In this document: piece by piece, positions 45,141 to 54,180 of the stretch | Layout: each line of letters begins with the position of its first letter | How positions within the stretch are numbered: position 1 is the first letter of the stretch | Assembly (NCBI GenBank): GCA_022843045.1 | Contig: JALHOJ010000001.1 | Location: 55,585 to 119,584 of the forward strand | Source: Phycisphaerales bacterium | Lineage (GTDB): Bacteria > Planctomycetota > Phycisphaerae > Phycisphaerales > UBA1924 | DNA: 64,000 bases | Direction of reading: 5' to 3' | Notes under the pieces: model-generated | The model's input: only the letters and a program-made list of their open reading frames with translations | What the model was told of the DNA's origin: nothing | The model's database searches: none | Program-made: the position numbers and the translations under genes

Positions 45141-46328
45141 TCACTCGTCGTTGGTCGGCCCGATCGCCAGCGTCCACAGCTTGAAGAAGTTCATCACCTG
45201 CACCTTCGTCAGCTTGTTGGCGTGCAGGTTGTACGTCACCTTGCTGGTGCTCACGGTTTCGCCGCTCATGGTGTCGATGTAGCTGACGCGACCAGTCAGC
45301 GCGGGCATGCTGTCGTCGATGGCGAAGAAGGCGTCTTCGTCGCTCATCTTGTCAAAGGCCGCCGCCTCGCCTCCCGACTTCTTGTTCTTCTCTTCGTTGA
45401 AGCGGAGGTTGAAGTCGTAGTAGCCCTTGCCGTTGGTGGCGCGGTCGGGATCCTCGACCCACTTGATCGAGCCGGTGACGACGTCTTCGTACTCCTTGCC
45501 ATCAAGGTCGTACTTGAAGCGGATGCCGTCGGTGTACCAGTTGCCGGTCTCGTAGTCGTAATCAAGGCGTCCGGTGACGCTGGTGTTGGGATAGCTGTCG
45601 GCGGGGCCCTTGGCGAGCACGATGTTGTCGAACCGCATCGGGTCAGACTTCTTGACCGTCACGATGCGTTCCTTGCCACCCACGACGCGCTTGAACGTGT
45701 AGGCCGCGAGGCTTTCCTTGTTTTCGGCTTTGCCGACCAATCGACCGCGGAACGTGTCCTGGAACGCGGCGGCCCGGCCCACGGCATCAACGCTGATGCG
45801 CAAGGCGCTTTCCTTAGACTTACCGCCCGACAGATCAAACGCGCCGCTCGCGGGGTCGATCGGCACGGTGCCGACCCACTTGCCGACATTCTTCTCCTGC
45901 TTGAGGTCGCGCGGGTTGCGCACGGCGAGGTCGACGCTGTAGAACAGCTGCGCGTCCTGCTGCTTGCGGCCCAGGGTCTTGCCGTAGAGGTTGGGCTGGC
46001 GCGTCACGGTGCCGCTGAAGCGGGTGGTGTCGACGACGACAAGGTTGAACTTGTACGAGTCCTTGGCACCCAGAGCGGGCGAGCCGGTCCTGAGGTCGCC
46101 GCTGGTGTCCTTGGTGGTGCGGGTCGCGAAGTCGATGTCCATCGTGCCGCTGATGACGTTCTCTTTGGTGAGTGCTTCTTCCTGCGCAATCGCGGCGATT
46201 GAGACTCCGGCCAGCGGCGCGAGGGCATGCAACCCGGTTGCGCCAGCGACGGACGCGGAGCCCGCGACAAGAGCGAGCGAACTGAGACGCAGAAGCGTGG
46301 TGAACGAGCGAGCGCAAGACATGGTCAT
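45141..46328 (-). CDS. hypothetical secreted protein (Lys/Asp-rich, beta-rich)
   Basis: GGGAGGA lies 5 nt upstream of ATG 46328. Signal-like N-terminus ...LALVAGSASVAGA. No family recognised. Confidence 0.7.
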   Translation of the reverse strand: MTMSCARSFTTLLRLSSLALVAGSASVAGATGLHALAPLAGVSIAAIAQEEALTKENVISGTMDIDFATRTTKDTSGDLRTGSPALGAKDSYKFNLVVVDTTRFSGTVTRQPNLYGKTLGRKQQDAQLFYSVDLAVRNPRDLKQEKNVGKWVGTVPIDPASGAFDLSGGKSKESALRISVDAVGRAAAFQDTFRGRLVGKAENKESLAAYTFKRVVGGKERIVTVKKSDPMRFDNIVLAKGPADSYPNTSVTGRLDYDYETGNWYTDGIRFKYDLDGKEYEDVVTGSIKWVEDPDRATNGKGYYDFNLRFNEEKNKKSGGEAAAFDKMSDEDAFFAIDDSMPALTGRVSYIDTMSGETVSTSKVTYNLHANKLTKVQVMNFFKLWTLAIGPTNDE

Positions 46329-46570
46329 GTGAATCCTCCCAGAGGCCGCGACAGGGATCGCGGCGTGCGTGCGTGCGGCGGGGCGGAAGCCCAGCCGGTG
46401 GAACGGTACTCCCCGCGGACGGGCTGCGCGCAGGGGCCAGCCCGCCCGCGGGGAGTCGTGCCGGGAAGTTGTTCGGAAACCAGGGGGCGGGTTGCAGGAG
46501 AAGCTCAGCGATACAAGCCGGGGGTGGGGGGCGGCGCTGGATGGTGTTGGGCTTGCATCGCTGTCGAACA

Positions 46571-46609
46571 AATGAAAACGCTCGACACCTGCAACAGTGG
46601 TCGAGCGTT
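46571..46609 (-). terminator. intrinsic terminator after the LacI-family gene
   Basis: Stem AACGCTCGAC / GTCGAGCGTT (46577-46586 / 46600-46609), followed on the bottom strand by TTTTCATTTG. Confidence 0.6.
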
Positions 46610-46646
46610 GGAAACGCCTGGTATCGCTGTCTTGCTTGCTCTCTTG

Positions 46647-47663
46647 CTACTTGCCGAACTGACTTGTCGACTCCCGCACCACCAGCGTGGGCATGATGCG
46701 TTCCTGCTGGAGCGGGGCCTTGGGTTCGGCCCAGCGTTGCTCGAGCATCTCCCACGCGCGCGTGCACATCGCTTCGACGGGTTGCTGGATCGTCGTGAGC
46801 GAGGGCGTCATGTACGCCGCGGTTTCGATGTCGTCGCAGCCGACGAGGGCGACGTCCTTGCCGACGGTGACGCCAATGTCCGCCAGGCCCCGGTGGGCTC
46901 CGATTGCAACGTCGTCGTTGATGCAGAACAGGCCGTCGAACTTGGCCTCGCTCCACAGCTTCTTGACGTGCTCTCGGGCGGTGGCGCGGGTTTCGTCCGC
47001 CGCGACGCTCACGCGTTTGGCAAGGCCGGCCTCGCTGATGACGCGCTCGTAGACCTTCTGGCGGCACCGTTGCACCGCGCTGACGCTGCACCACGCCGTC
47101 AGGTGGACGATCCGCTGGCAGCCGATCTTGATGAGATGCTGCATCGCGGCCTCGACGCCCACCTCGTGGTCGAACGCGATCGAGTCGACTTCGGGGTTCT
47201 CGTCGGTGGCCACCATGACGATCGGCGCGCCGCCGACGGGGTTCCACTGGCGGTACTGCTCAACGCGCTTGGGACAGTCCGCGGCGATGATGCCGTCGAC
47301 CGGCCACGCGTTGATGTCGTACTCCTCCGCGCCGGGAGGCAGCGTCTCGCCGCCCCGATCGCGATAGCCCGAGAGGATCATCTCGTATCCGGCGTGCATG
47401 CCCAGTTCCGCCAGAACGCGCGGCATCTTGGCATAAAACGGTGCATCGCTGTTGCGAAGCCACAACGCGAACACCTTCGTCTTGCCCGACACCAAGCCTT
47501 GGGCCACTCGATTGGGTCGATACCCCATCGCGCGTGCTGCTTCCAACACGCGTTCGCGCGTCCCACTGCTGATGTACCCAGTTCCCTTGCCGCTCAGAAC
47601 CCGCGACACGGTCGCAGCTGATATTTCAAGCCGCTTTGCAATATCCATCATCGTGACTGCCAT
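46647..47663 (-). CDS. LacI family transcriptional regulator
   Basis: N-terminal HTH MMDIAKRLEISAATVSRVLSG...RERVLEAARAMGYRPN, plus a periplasmic-binding-protein-like sugar domain. Confidence 0.88.
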   Translation of the reverse strand: MAVTMMDIAKRLEISAATVSRVLSGKGTGYISSGTRERVLEAARAMGYRPNRVAQGLVSGKTKVFALWLRNSDAPFYAKMPRVLAELGMHAGYEMILSGYRDRGGETLPPGAEEYDINAWPVDGIIAADCPKRVEQYRQWNPVGGAPIVMVATDENPEVDSIAFDHEVGVEAAMQHLIKIGCQRIVHLTAWCSVSAVQRCRQKVYERVISEAGLAKRVSVAADETRATAREHVKKLWSEAKFDGLFCINDDVAIGAHRGLADIGVTVGKDVALVGCDDIETAAYMTPSLTTIQQPVEAMCTRAWEMLEQRWAEPKAPLQQERIMPTLVVRESTSQFGK

Positions 47664-47900
47664 TACTTGGGCTCCCGATAACCGCCCCTTCCCATGGCTG
47701 CATCACTCCTTACTTGCGTAATCTACCACACCTATCAGGACGTCAAGGGTTTTCTCCCTGAATCATGCGAAAAGACTTGGTAAGGCAGGGGGTTTGTCGG
47801 GGCTCGTTGGGGGCGTGTCGGCGTCGCACCCTCGCGAGTGAGGGAGCAATACACCTGTAGAGAAGTAGCCTGATGAGGTGGTGAGCAGTTGTTGCAACGT

Positions 47901-48581
47901 TCAATTCGCGACGCGCACGAACTCGTAGCCGCCCTTTTCTGCGCCCCACACATGCTTATCGCTCTCGTCGAAGCCGCGGTCCCAGGTCGTCAGGCCGCGG
48001 GCGTCCATGCGCACTTCGCTGACCGCGTAGGTTGCGCCGCGCAGTGAGCTGAGGCAGTTCTTTCCGATGGTGCCGCCTTCGAAGACACCCGCGGCTGATT
48101 CACGCAGCACAACGTCGCAGCCTTCGCGCTGGTCGAGTTGCTCGGGCGTGATGGCGTCGAAGGCGTCGGGCGTCTTCCACGCGCCGGCGAACTTCGCCGC
48201 GCCTTCTTTGCCGCCGGGCAGTTCGAAGACTTCGCTAACGAGGGTGCCTGCTTCCTGGCCCAGGCTGACGCGGTAGATGCGCTGGCGATAGGGCTTATCC
48301 AGGGCGGTGGCCCTGGCCTGCTCGACGTAGAGCCACTTCTGGACGTCGGTGGTGCGGGCGGGCCAGATGGGCGTCATGCGCAGGCGGATGTCGAAGAAGT
48401 TCTCAGAATCGCGCTCGTGCTGGGCGGTGCTGGCAAAGGCACCGGTCATCATCGTGACGGCGCGATCGAGCTTCGCGGTGGCGGGCTCCGTGCTGGCCTT
48501 GGGGGAGGACTTGCAGCCGGCAAGCAGCGCAAGGCCGACCAGCACGAGAGCGGGAACGCGACGCGAGAGAGTGTGGAGCAT
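47901..48581 (-). CDS. CpcT/CpeT (chromophore lyase-like, DUF1001) family lipoprotein
   Basis: Lipobox LLAGC. Family-like blocks GAFASTAQHE, WLYVEQA...PYRQRIYRV, EGCDVVL and DRGFD...VWGAEKGGYEF. Confidence 0.7.
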   Translation of the reverse strand: MLHTLSRRVPALVLVGLALLAGCKSSPKASTEPATAKLDRAVTMMTGAFASTAQHERDSENFFDIRLRMTPIWPARTTDVQKWLYVEQARATALDKPYRQRIYRVSLGQEAGTLVSEVFELPGGKEGAAKFAGAWKTPDAFDAITPEQLDQREGCDVVLRESAAGVFEGGTIGKNCLSSLRGATYAVSEVRMDARGLTTWDRGFDESDKHVWGAEKGGYEFVRVAN

Positions 48582-48613
48582 GGATGATGGTAGATGGCGC
48601 GAGCGGATGGCCC

Positions 48614-49798
48614 TTACGGGTGAAGTTCGCTCCCGTGCCCGCCGTGCTTGCTCACCCTGGCGTACTGCACGCTGGTCGGATACGCGAACTCGATGCCTTC
48701 CTTCGCGAACGCTTCAAAGAGGCCGAAGTTGATCGCATCCTGAGCCTTGGTGTGCAGCACGAAGTCGGGCGTGGTCACGAAGTACACGTACTCAAACTCC
48801 AGCGCGTACGCGCCGAGATTCTTGAAGTGGCAGCGGTCGAAGCGGACGTGCTCGGTGGCGCGCACGATCGATTGCACGATCTCCGGGATGCGACGGAGTT
48901 TGTCGGCGTCGGTCTCGTACGTCACGCCCAGCGTGCCCACAATCCGGCGTTCCTCCATGCGGCCGAAGTTGTGCACGCGTGATGTCAGCAAATCGCTGTT
49001 GCAGCAGACGATTTGCTCGCCGCTCGCGGCCTTGAGGCGCGTGGTCTTGACGCCGATGCGCTCGACGGTGCCGGTCTTGTCGCCGACCTGAATTGCGTCG
49101 CCCACCTGAAACGGCTTGTCGATCACGATGATGAACGATGCGAAGAGGTCGCCCAGGATGTTCTGGGCCGCCAGTGCGATGGCGATGCCGCCGATGCCCA
49201 GAGCGCCCAGAAGGGGCGTCACCTGCACGCCCATGTTCTGCAAGGCAAACAGGATCGCGGCGGCTCCAACGATCACGAAGATCACGGTTCGCGCGATGCC
49301 CACCGCACTGCGGACCGAGGGGTCGGGCGTGCCGTCGGGGCGCTTGTTGCGGTCGAGCACTTCGCCCATCGCGAACTCGACGAGGATGCGGCTGGAGAGG
49401 ATCACCTGCAGCGCGACCGCCGCGATCGCCATGATGTGAATGGTCTTGCTCAGCGCGCCGGGCAGCACCAGCACGCTGCTGGCGATTGCCAGCGCCACCG
49501 TGAGTACGCACCACACGCGGATGTCGGTGATCAGGGCGAGTGCGAGGTTGTCGACCTTGGTCTCAGTGCGCTCCGCGACCTTCTTGAGCCGCACGGCGAG
49601 CACCTTGCGGACCAGATACGCGACCACCATGATGCCCAGGAACGTGACACCCGAGGTGATGAACGCGGAGTCGCTGTTCTTGAGGATCGTGGACCAGGGG
49701 TGGGGCGGCGGGACGCTGGTTTGCGCGACCGACGCCGCTGGGGCCGAGTCCGAACTGTCGGCGGGGATTGGAGTGGAGGAGAGAGCATCGCCTTGCAT
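48614..49798 (-). CDS. mechanosensitive ion channel (MscS family)
   Basis: TM helices followed by ILGDLFASFIIVIDKPFQVGDAIQVGDKTGTVERIGVKTTRL. ATG at 49798; an alternative GTG lies at 49840. Confidence 0.85.
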   Translation of the reverse strand: MQGDALSSTPIPADSSDSAPAASVAQTSVPPPHPWSTILKNSDSAFITSGVTFLGIMVVAYLVRKVLAVRLKKVAERTETKVDNLALALITDIRVWCVLTVALAIASSVLVLPGALSKTIHIMAIAAVALQVILSSRILVEFAMGEVLDRNKRPDGTPDPSVRSAVGIARTVIFVIVGAAAILFALQNMGVQVTPLLGALGIGGIAIALAAQNILGDLFASFIIVIDKPFQVGDAIQVGDKTGTVERIGVKTTRLKAASGEQIVCCNSDLLTSRVHNFGRMEERRIVGTLGVTYETDADKLRRIPEIVQSIVRATEHVRFDRCHFKNLGAYALEFEYVYFVTTPDFVLHTKAQDAINFGLFEAFAKEGIEFAYPTSVQYARVSKHGGHGSELHP

Positions 49799-49880
49799 GT
49801 CCCAGCATATTTCGCGCGCATGAAGAAGGCGACCGGCCACGCCGATCGCCCTGAGGAATGCTGTGCAAACTGTCCGCCAG

Positions 49881-50531
49881 TTACTTCATCTCGTCGGCCT
49901 TGCCGATCATCCACTCTTCGAGGTCGATGGGGGCCTGGCGGCCGAAGATGGTCACCAGCACGCGGACCACGCCCTTGTCGGGGAAGAGCTCGTCGACGGT
50001 GCCTTCGTAGGTCGCGAACGGGCCTTCCTTGATGATGACGTGCTCGCCCTTGGTGAAGACCAGCTTGATGTTGGGCAGGTCCTCGGGCTTGCGGCTGTCG
50101 CGGAGCATCTTCTCGATCTCGTGCTCCTTCATGGCGAAGGGGCGGCCCGAGGTGCCCACGAAGTCGCCCACGCCGCTGGTTTCCTTGATGAGGAAGAAGA
50201 CGTCCTGAGGGATGCGGCCGTCGGGTTCGAGCTTCATTTCGACGAAGACATAGCCGGGGTACAGCTTCGTCTCGGTGATCTTGGTCTTGCCGTTCTTGAC
50301 GGTCTTGGTCTTTTCGGTGGGCACCAGGATGCGCCCGACCAGGTGGGCCATGTTCTCGATCTGGATCTTGCGGAGGAGCGTGCCTTGCACGCTGCTTTCC
50401 TTGTTGCTGGCGACGCGCAGCACGAACCAGTTCATGCCTTCCTGGCGGAGCACATCATCGGCCCCGATCAGGCCCGAAATCTCCGGCTTGGAGGCGACGG
50501 TCGTTTCGCTGGCGGGTTTGGTTTCGGACAT
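49881..50531 (-). CDS. nusG: transcription termination/antitermination factor NusG
   Basis: NGN domain WFVLRVASNKE...LYPGYVFVEM and KOW motif GEHVIIKEGPFATYEGTV. GAAGGAG lies 7 nt upstream of ATG 50531. Confidence 0.9.
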   Translation of the reverse strand: MSETKPASETTVASKPEISGLIGADDVLRQEGMNWFVLRVASNKESSVQGTLLRKIQIENMAHLVGRILVPTEKTKTVKNGKTKITETKLYPGYVFVEMKLEPDGRIPQDVFFLIKETSGVGDFVGTSGRPFAMKEHEIEKMLRDSRKPEDLPNIKLVFTKGEHVIIKEGPFATYEGTVDELFPDKGVVRVLVTIFGRQAPIDLEEWMIGKADEMK

Positions 50532-50741
50532 GGCTGCTCCTTCAAAATGCTGCGCGGTCGATGCTGCGGATGACTCGTCGCTCACTCGTTCACTTTGGAC
50601 AAACCGGCGTTGATCGGCCTGTTGCGATGAGCATCACGCCCAACCGCCCAGACCGCCCAACGCCGGCACCCCCCACCCCCCATCCCCCACCCCCCGTCCC
50701 CACCTTCTTCCCCCAATGCCCAATCTCCGAACCCCAATGCC

Positions 50742-51530
50742 TTACCGCACAATCTGATCAAACAACGCCTTCTTCAGCAGGAAGTCCGCGACGAAGATGT
50801 ACGCCGCGATCAGGAAGGTGGCGAAGATGACCACCTGGGTCGAATCCAGGATGATCTTGCGAGTGGACCAATTGACCTTGCGCATTTCCTCGTCGGTGGC
50901 GATGAGGAAGTCGACCGACTTGGGCTTGCGAGCAACGTAGTGGAACGTGACGAAGGAGCCGATTAGCACCAGCACGAGCGCGACGCCCAATTGCAGGTAC
51001 ACCCGCTGGAAAATCGGAATCCCCGACACCGACTGCCGCTCAAGCGTGCCAACCAGCGGCGTGCCGCCCGTGCTTGGCGCGACCGACACATGGTTCGCAT
51101 CGCGGGGCGATGCGACGCCTTCGTTCATCTTGACGTTCGCGACCACCATCGTCGCGCTGGTGCCGCCTTGGGTTGAGATGCTCTCGAGCACGCCCGTGCC
51201 CAGCGGCTCTGCCTTGCCATCGAGCATGCGCTCGAACGTCACGACATTGCCGGCGCTCGCGGTGCCTTGCGTCTGCGTCGCGTTGACGCTCCACGCGCGG
51301 TTCGGGAGGCTCAGGGCTTCAAGCTGACGCCATGCCCACGCCGCCCCGGCGAGGAACAGCACGCCCAAGGCCACCGCCGTCATCACACGGACCCAGTAGC
51401 CCCGGCCATACTTGAAGATGCCGAAGGTGTAGGTGGACCGCTCGCTGCCAGCGTCGGAGCGCTCCGGGATCCGCCCTTCGTCCGAGGTTTCCTCGATGCG
51501 GGCAAGCGACTTGTCGTCACGATCGGCCAT
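50742..51530 (-). CDS. secE: preprotein translocase subunit SecE (long form)
   Basis: C-terminal canonical SecE segment DFLIATDEEMRKVNWSTRKIILDSTQVVIFATFLIAAYIF, with conserved position between tRNA-Trp and nusG. About 190 aa of extra N-terminal sequence contain two more TM segments. Confidence 0.8.
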   Translation of the reverse strand: MADRDDKSLARIEETSDEGRIPERSDAGSERSTYTFGIFKYGRGYWVRVMTAVALGVLFLAGAAWAWRQLEALSLPNRAWSVNATQTQGTASAGNVVTFERMLDGKAEPLGTGVLESISTQGGTSATMVVANVKMNEGVASPRDANHVSVAPSTGGTPLVGTLERQSVSGIPIFQRVYLQLGVALVLVLIGSFVTFHYVARKPKSVDFLIATDEEMRKVNWSTRKIILDSTQVVIFATFLIAAYIFVADFLLKKALFDQIVR

Positions 51531-51585
51531 GGAAGCGTCCTACACCGCGGCGATTCGCCGCCAACACCCACCAACTCACACGAAG

Positions 51586-51658
51586 CACGCCGGGAGGGAC
51601 TTGAACCCGCAACCTGCGGATTTGGAATCCGCTGCTCTACCAGTTGAGCTACCGGCGT
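51586..51658 (-). tRNA. tRNA-Trp (anticodon CCA)
   Basis: Acceptor ACGCCGG/CCGGCGT plus discriminator G. Anticodon arm GCGGA-TTCCAAA-TCCGC. T-loop TTCAAGT. One C-U mismatch in the T-stem. Confidence 0.85.
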
Positions 51659-51663
51659 ACGAG

Positions 51664-51799
51664 TAGGCACTGGGCATCAGGGATCGGGCACTAGCAAAGC
51701 CCAAGCTGAGACCGGCACCCTTCATTTGGTACGAAGCACCATGGACGGTCGTTCTACCACCGGCTCTGCCAGTGCCTAGTGCCCAGTCCCCAGTGCCTT
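51664..51799. repeat. inverted AGGCACTGG / GGGCACTAG repeats between tRNA-Trp and rpmG
   Basis: AGGCACTGGG (51665-51674) and GGGCACTAG (51686-51694) on the top strand. Complements at 51768-51777, 51776-51784 and 51789-51798. Confidence 0.7.
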
Positions 51800-51800
51800 C

Positions 51801-51983
51801 TTACTTCCGCTTGATCTTGTGGATCGTGTGCTTGCGCAGGCGCGGGCTGTACTTGGACAGGCCGTCCTTGAGACCTTCGGGCAGGCCGCCCTTGGTGTTC
51901 ACTTCGCTGCGGTAGTTGAGGTCGCCGCACTCGCTGCACTGCAGCCACACGTACTCACGGGCCATGCCCTTCTTCTTTGCCAT
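51801..51983 (-). CDS. rpmG: 50S ribosomal protein L33
   Basis: MAKKKGMAREYVWLQCSECGDLNYRS...KYSPRLRKHTIHKIKRK. ATG 51983 lies inside a longer track ORF. Confidence 0.88.
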   Translation of the reverse strand: MAKKKGMAREYVWLQCSECGDLNYRSEVNTKGGLPEGLKDGLSKYSPRLRKHTIHKIKRK

Positions 51984-52287
51984 GACAAGCTCACTTTCCA
52001 GCCGCCGCGTGGGGAGGAACCTCCACCAGGCCCAACCAACGCGGCACAAAGTCCAATGTGAAAGCCCAAGGTGACAAGCGGCCCTTGGGGGTGTCCCAAA
52101 GGCCGCGGGGGGAACATTAGGCGCGGGACCGGGAGGGAGCAACACCGCGAGCCGCGGTCACTTGTCCAAACAAAATCCTATCGAGACATCATGCGTGGTG
52201 GTCTTACGCACAAAGAAAAACCCCGCCGCTTCCGCGACGGGGTCTTCAAAACTTCGTCACTGACGACCCAACTGGATCGTCGGTCAC

Positions 52288-53487
52288 TTACTTGATGATC
52301 TCAGTGACCGCGCCCGAGCCGATCGTCTTGCCGCCTTCACGCACGGCGAAGCGAACGCCCTTTTCCATGGCGACGGGCTTGCCCATCAGGTCGACTTCGA
52401 CTTCGACGTTGTCGCCGGGCATGCACATTTCAGCGCCGCCCATCAGCTTGACGGTGCCCGTCACGTCGGTGGTGCGGAAGTAGAACTGGGGGCGGTAGCC
52501 GGAGAAGAACGGGGTCGTACGACCGCCTTCTTCCTTGGTCAGCACGTAGATCTGGCCCTTGAACTGGGTGTGGGGGGTGATGCTCTTGGGCTTGCAGAGC
52601 ACCTGGCCGCGCTCGACGTCGTCCTTTTCGATGCCGCGGAGGAGGCAGCCGACGTTGTCGCCGGCCTGGCCCTGGTCCAGGGTCTTCTGGAACATTTCGA
52701 CGCCCGTGACAACGCTGGACTTGGTGTCCTTAAGGCCGACGATTTCGATGGTTTCGCCGACCTTGATGACGCCGCGCTCGATACGGCCGGTCACCACGGT
52801 ACCACGACCCTTGATCGAGAAGACGTCTTCCACGCTCATGAGGAAGGGCTTGTCGACTTCGCGGGTGGGCTCGGGGATGAAGGTGTCGATGGCGTTGAAG
52901 AGGTCGTCGATGGGCTTGCAGGCCTTGTCATCGGCGGGGTTTTCGAGGGCGAGCTTGCTCTGGCCGCGGATGACGGGGGTGGTGTCGCCCGGGAAGCCGT
53001 ACTTCTTGAGCAGTTCGCGAACTTCGAGTTCGACGAGGTCGAGCAGTTCCGGATCGTCAACGAGGTCGACCTTGTTCAGGAAGACGACGATGTGGGGCAC
53101 GCCGACCTGACGGGCGAGCAGGACGTGCTCGCGAGTCTGGGGCATGGGGCCGTCGGCGGCCGACACGACCAGGATCGCGCCGTCCATCTGGGCGGCGCCG
53201 GTGATCATGTTCTTGACGAAGTCTGCGTGGCCCGGACAGTCAACGTGGGCGTAGTGGCGGTTGGCGGTTTCGTACTCGGTGTGCGAGGACGCGATCGTCA
53301 CCGTCTTGTTGGCGTCGCGGACCGTACCGCCCTTGGTGATTTCGGCGTAGGTCTTGGGCTTCTGGCCGTTCTTGACGGCGCTGCGGGCCGAGAGGGCCGC
53401 GGTGAGGGTCGACTTACCATGGTCGATGTGGCCGATGGTGCCGACGTTGACGTGGGGTTTGGTGCGCGAAAATGTACCGATTGCCAT
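52288..53487 (-). CDS. tuf: elongation factor Tu
   Basis: [35 protein letters not shown] and the full EF-Tu layout. AGGAG lies upstream of ATG 53487. Confidence 0.95.
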   Translation of the reverse strand: MAIGTFSRTKPHVNVGTIGHIDHGKSTLTAALSARSAVKNGQKPKTYAEITKGGTVRDANKTVTIASSHTEYETANRHYAHVDCPGHADFVKNMITGAAQMDGAILVVSAADGPMPQTREHVLLARQVGVPHIVVFLNKVDLVDDPELLDLVELEVRELLKKYGFPGDTTPVIRGQSKLALENPADDKACKPIDDLFNAIDTFIPEPTREVDKPFLMSVEDVFSIKGRGTVVTGRIERGVIKVGETIEIVGLKDTKSSVVTGVEMFQKTLDQGQAGDNVGCLLRGIEKDDVERGQVLCKPKSITPHTQFKGQIYVLTKEEGGRTTPFFSGYRPQFYFRTTDVTGTVKLMGGAEMCMPGDNVEVEVDLMGKPVAMEKGVRFAVREGGKTIGSGAVTEIIK

Positions 53488-53744
53488 GAAAAAACTCCTA
53501 AACTGAATTCCGCGGGACACCCAGTCTAGAAGACCTGGGGCGGGGCTCCCAAACGCGCCTCCACCAGGCCAGCGCCGGAACGATTGAACCACACGCAAGT
53601 CGCTTTGGTTGCCAAGGCCAAAGCAGAAACTCGCACGTCAGAGGATGCGACCTGGGACCATCCGCACACCGGCACACGTGCGGACACATCTTCCAAGTCG
53701 TGGGCTTTGGGGCACCTGCGTGCCAAGCCCGCCAACCTCTGAAA

Positions 53745-53816
<72 letters not shown>

Positions 53817-54180
53817 GAAACCAGCCAGAGGATCGCCGCGTGCGCGGAAATCCCAAGGGGGACGATGGTAGCGCCAGGGGCGGGAAGGTTCAAGGAACGC
53901 GCGAGAGGTGAATGCCTTTCAAAATACGAACGAACCTTATGTGAAGATTCCGGATTTCGAGGGCAAGTTTGTGCCGAGCCCCCTTGCGAACTCCTCCGTT
54001 TTAGGTAGACTGTCTGAATCGGGCCCAGGGCCTGACTCGAGGCGAGGACAAACTCGCCCCACGCCCCCTCCCCCCGGAGGAGGGCGCGAGAGCGCCAGCC
54101 CGACGGCAAGTGGGGGCGGCGTTCCGAAACACACCGAATGACAACTTGCACCGGCTGACAACTTACACAGGGGACTGGCC

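Noticed and set aside
53488-53744. Additional tRNA genes (Tyr/Gly/Thr) between tRNA-Thr and tuf, as in many bacteria
   Set aside because: A TTCAATC-like segment (about 53585-53600, bottom strand) has no complementary T-stem or acceptor stem. No cloverleaf can be drawn. This is probably just the tuf leader.
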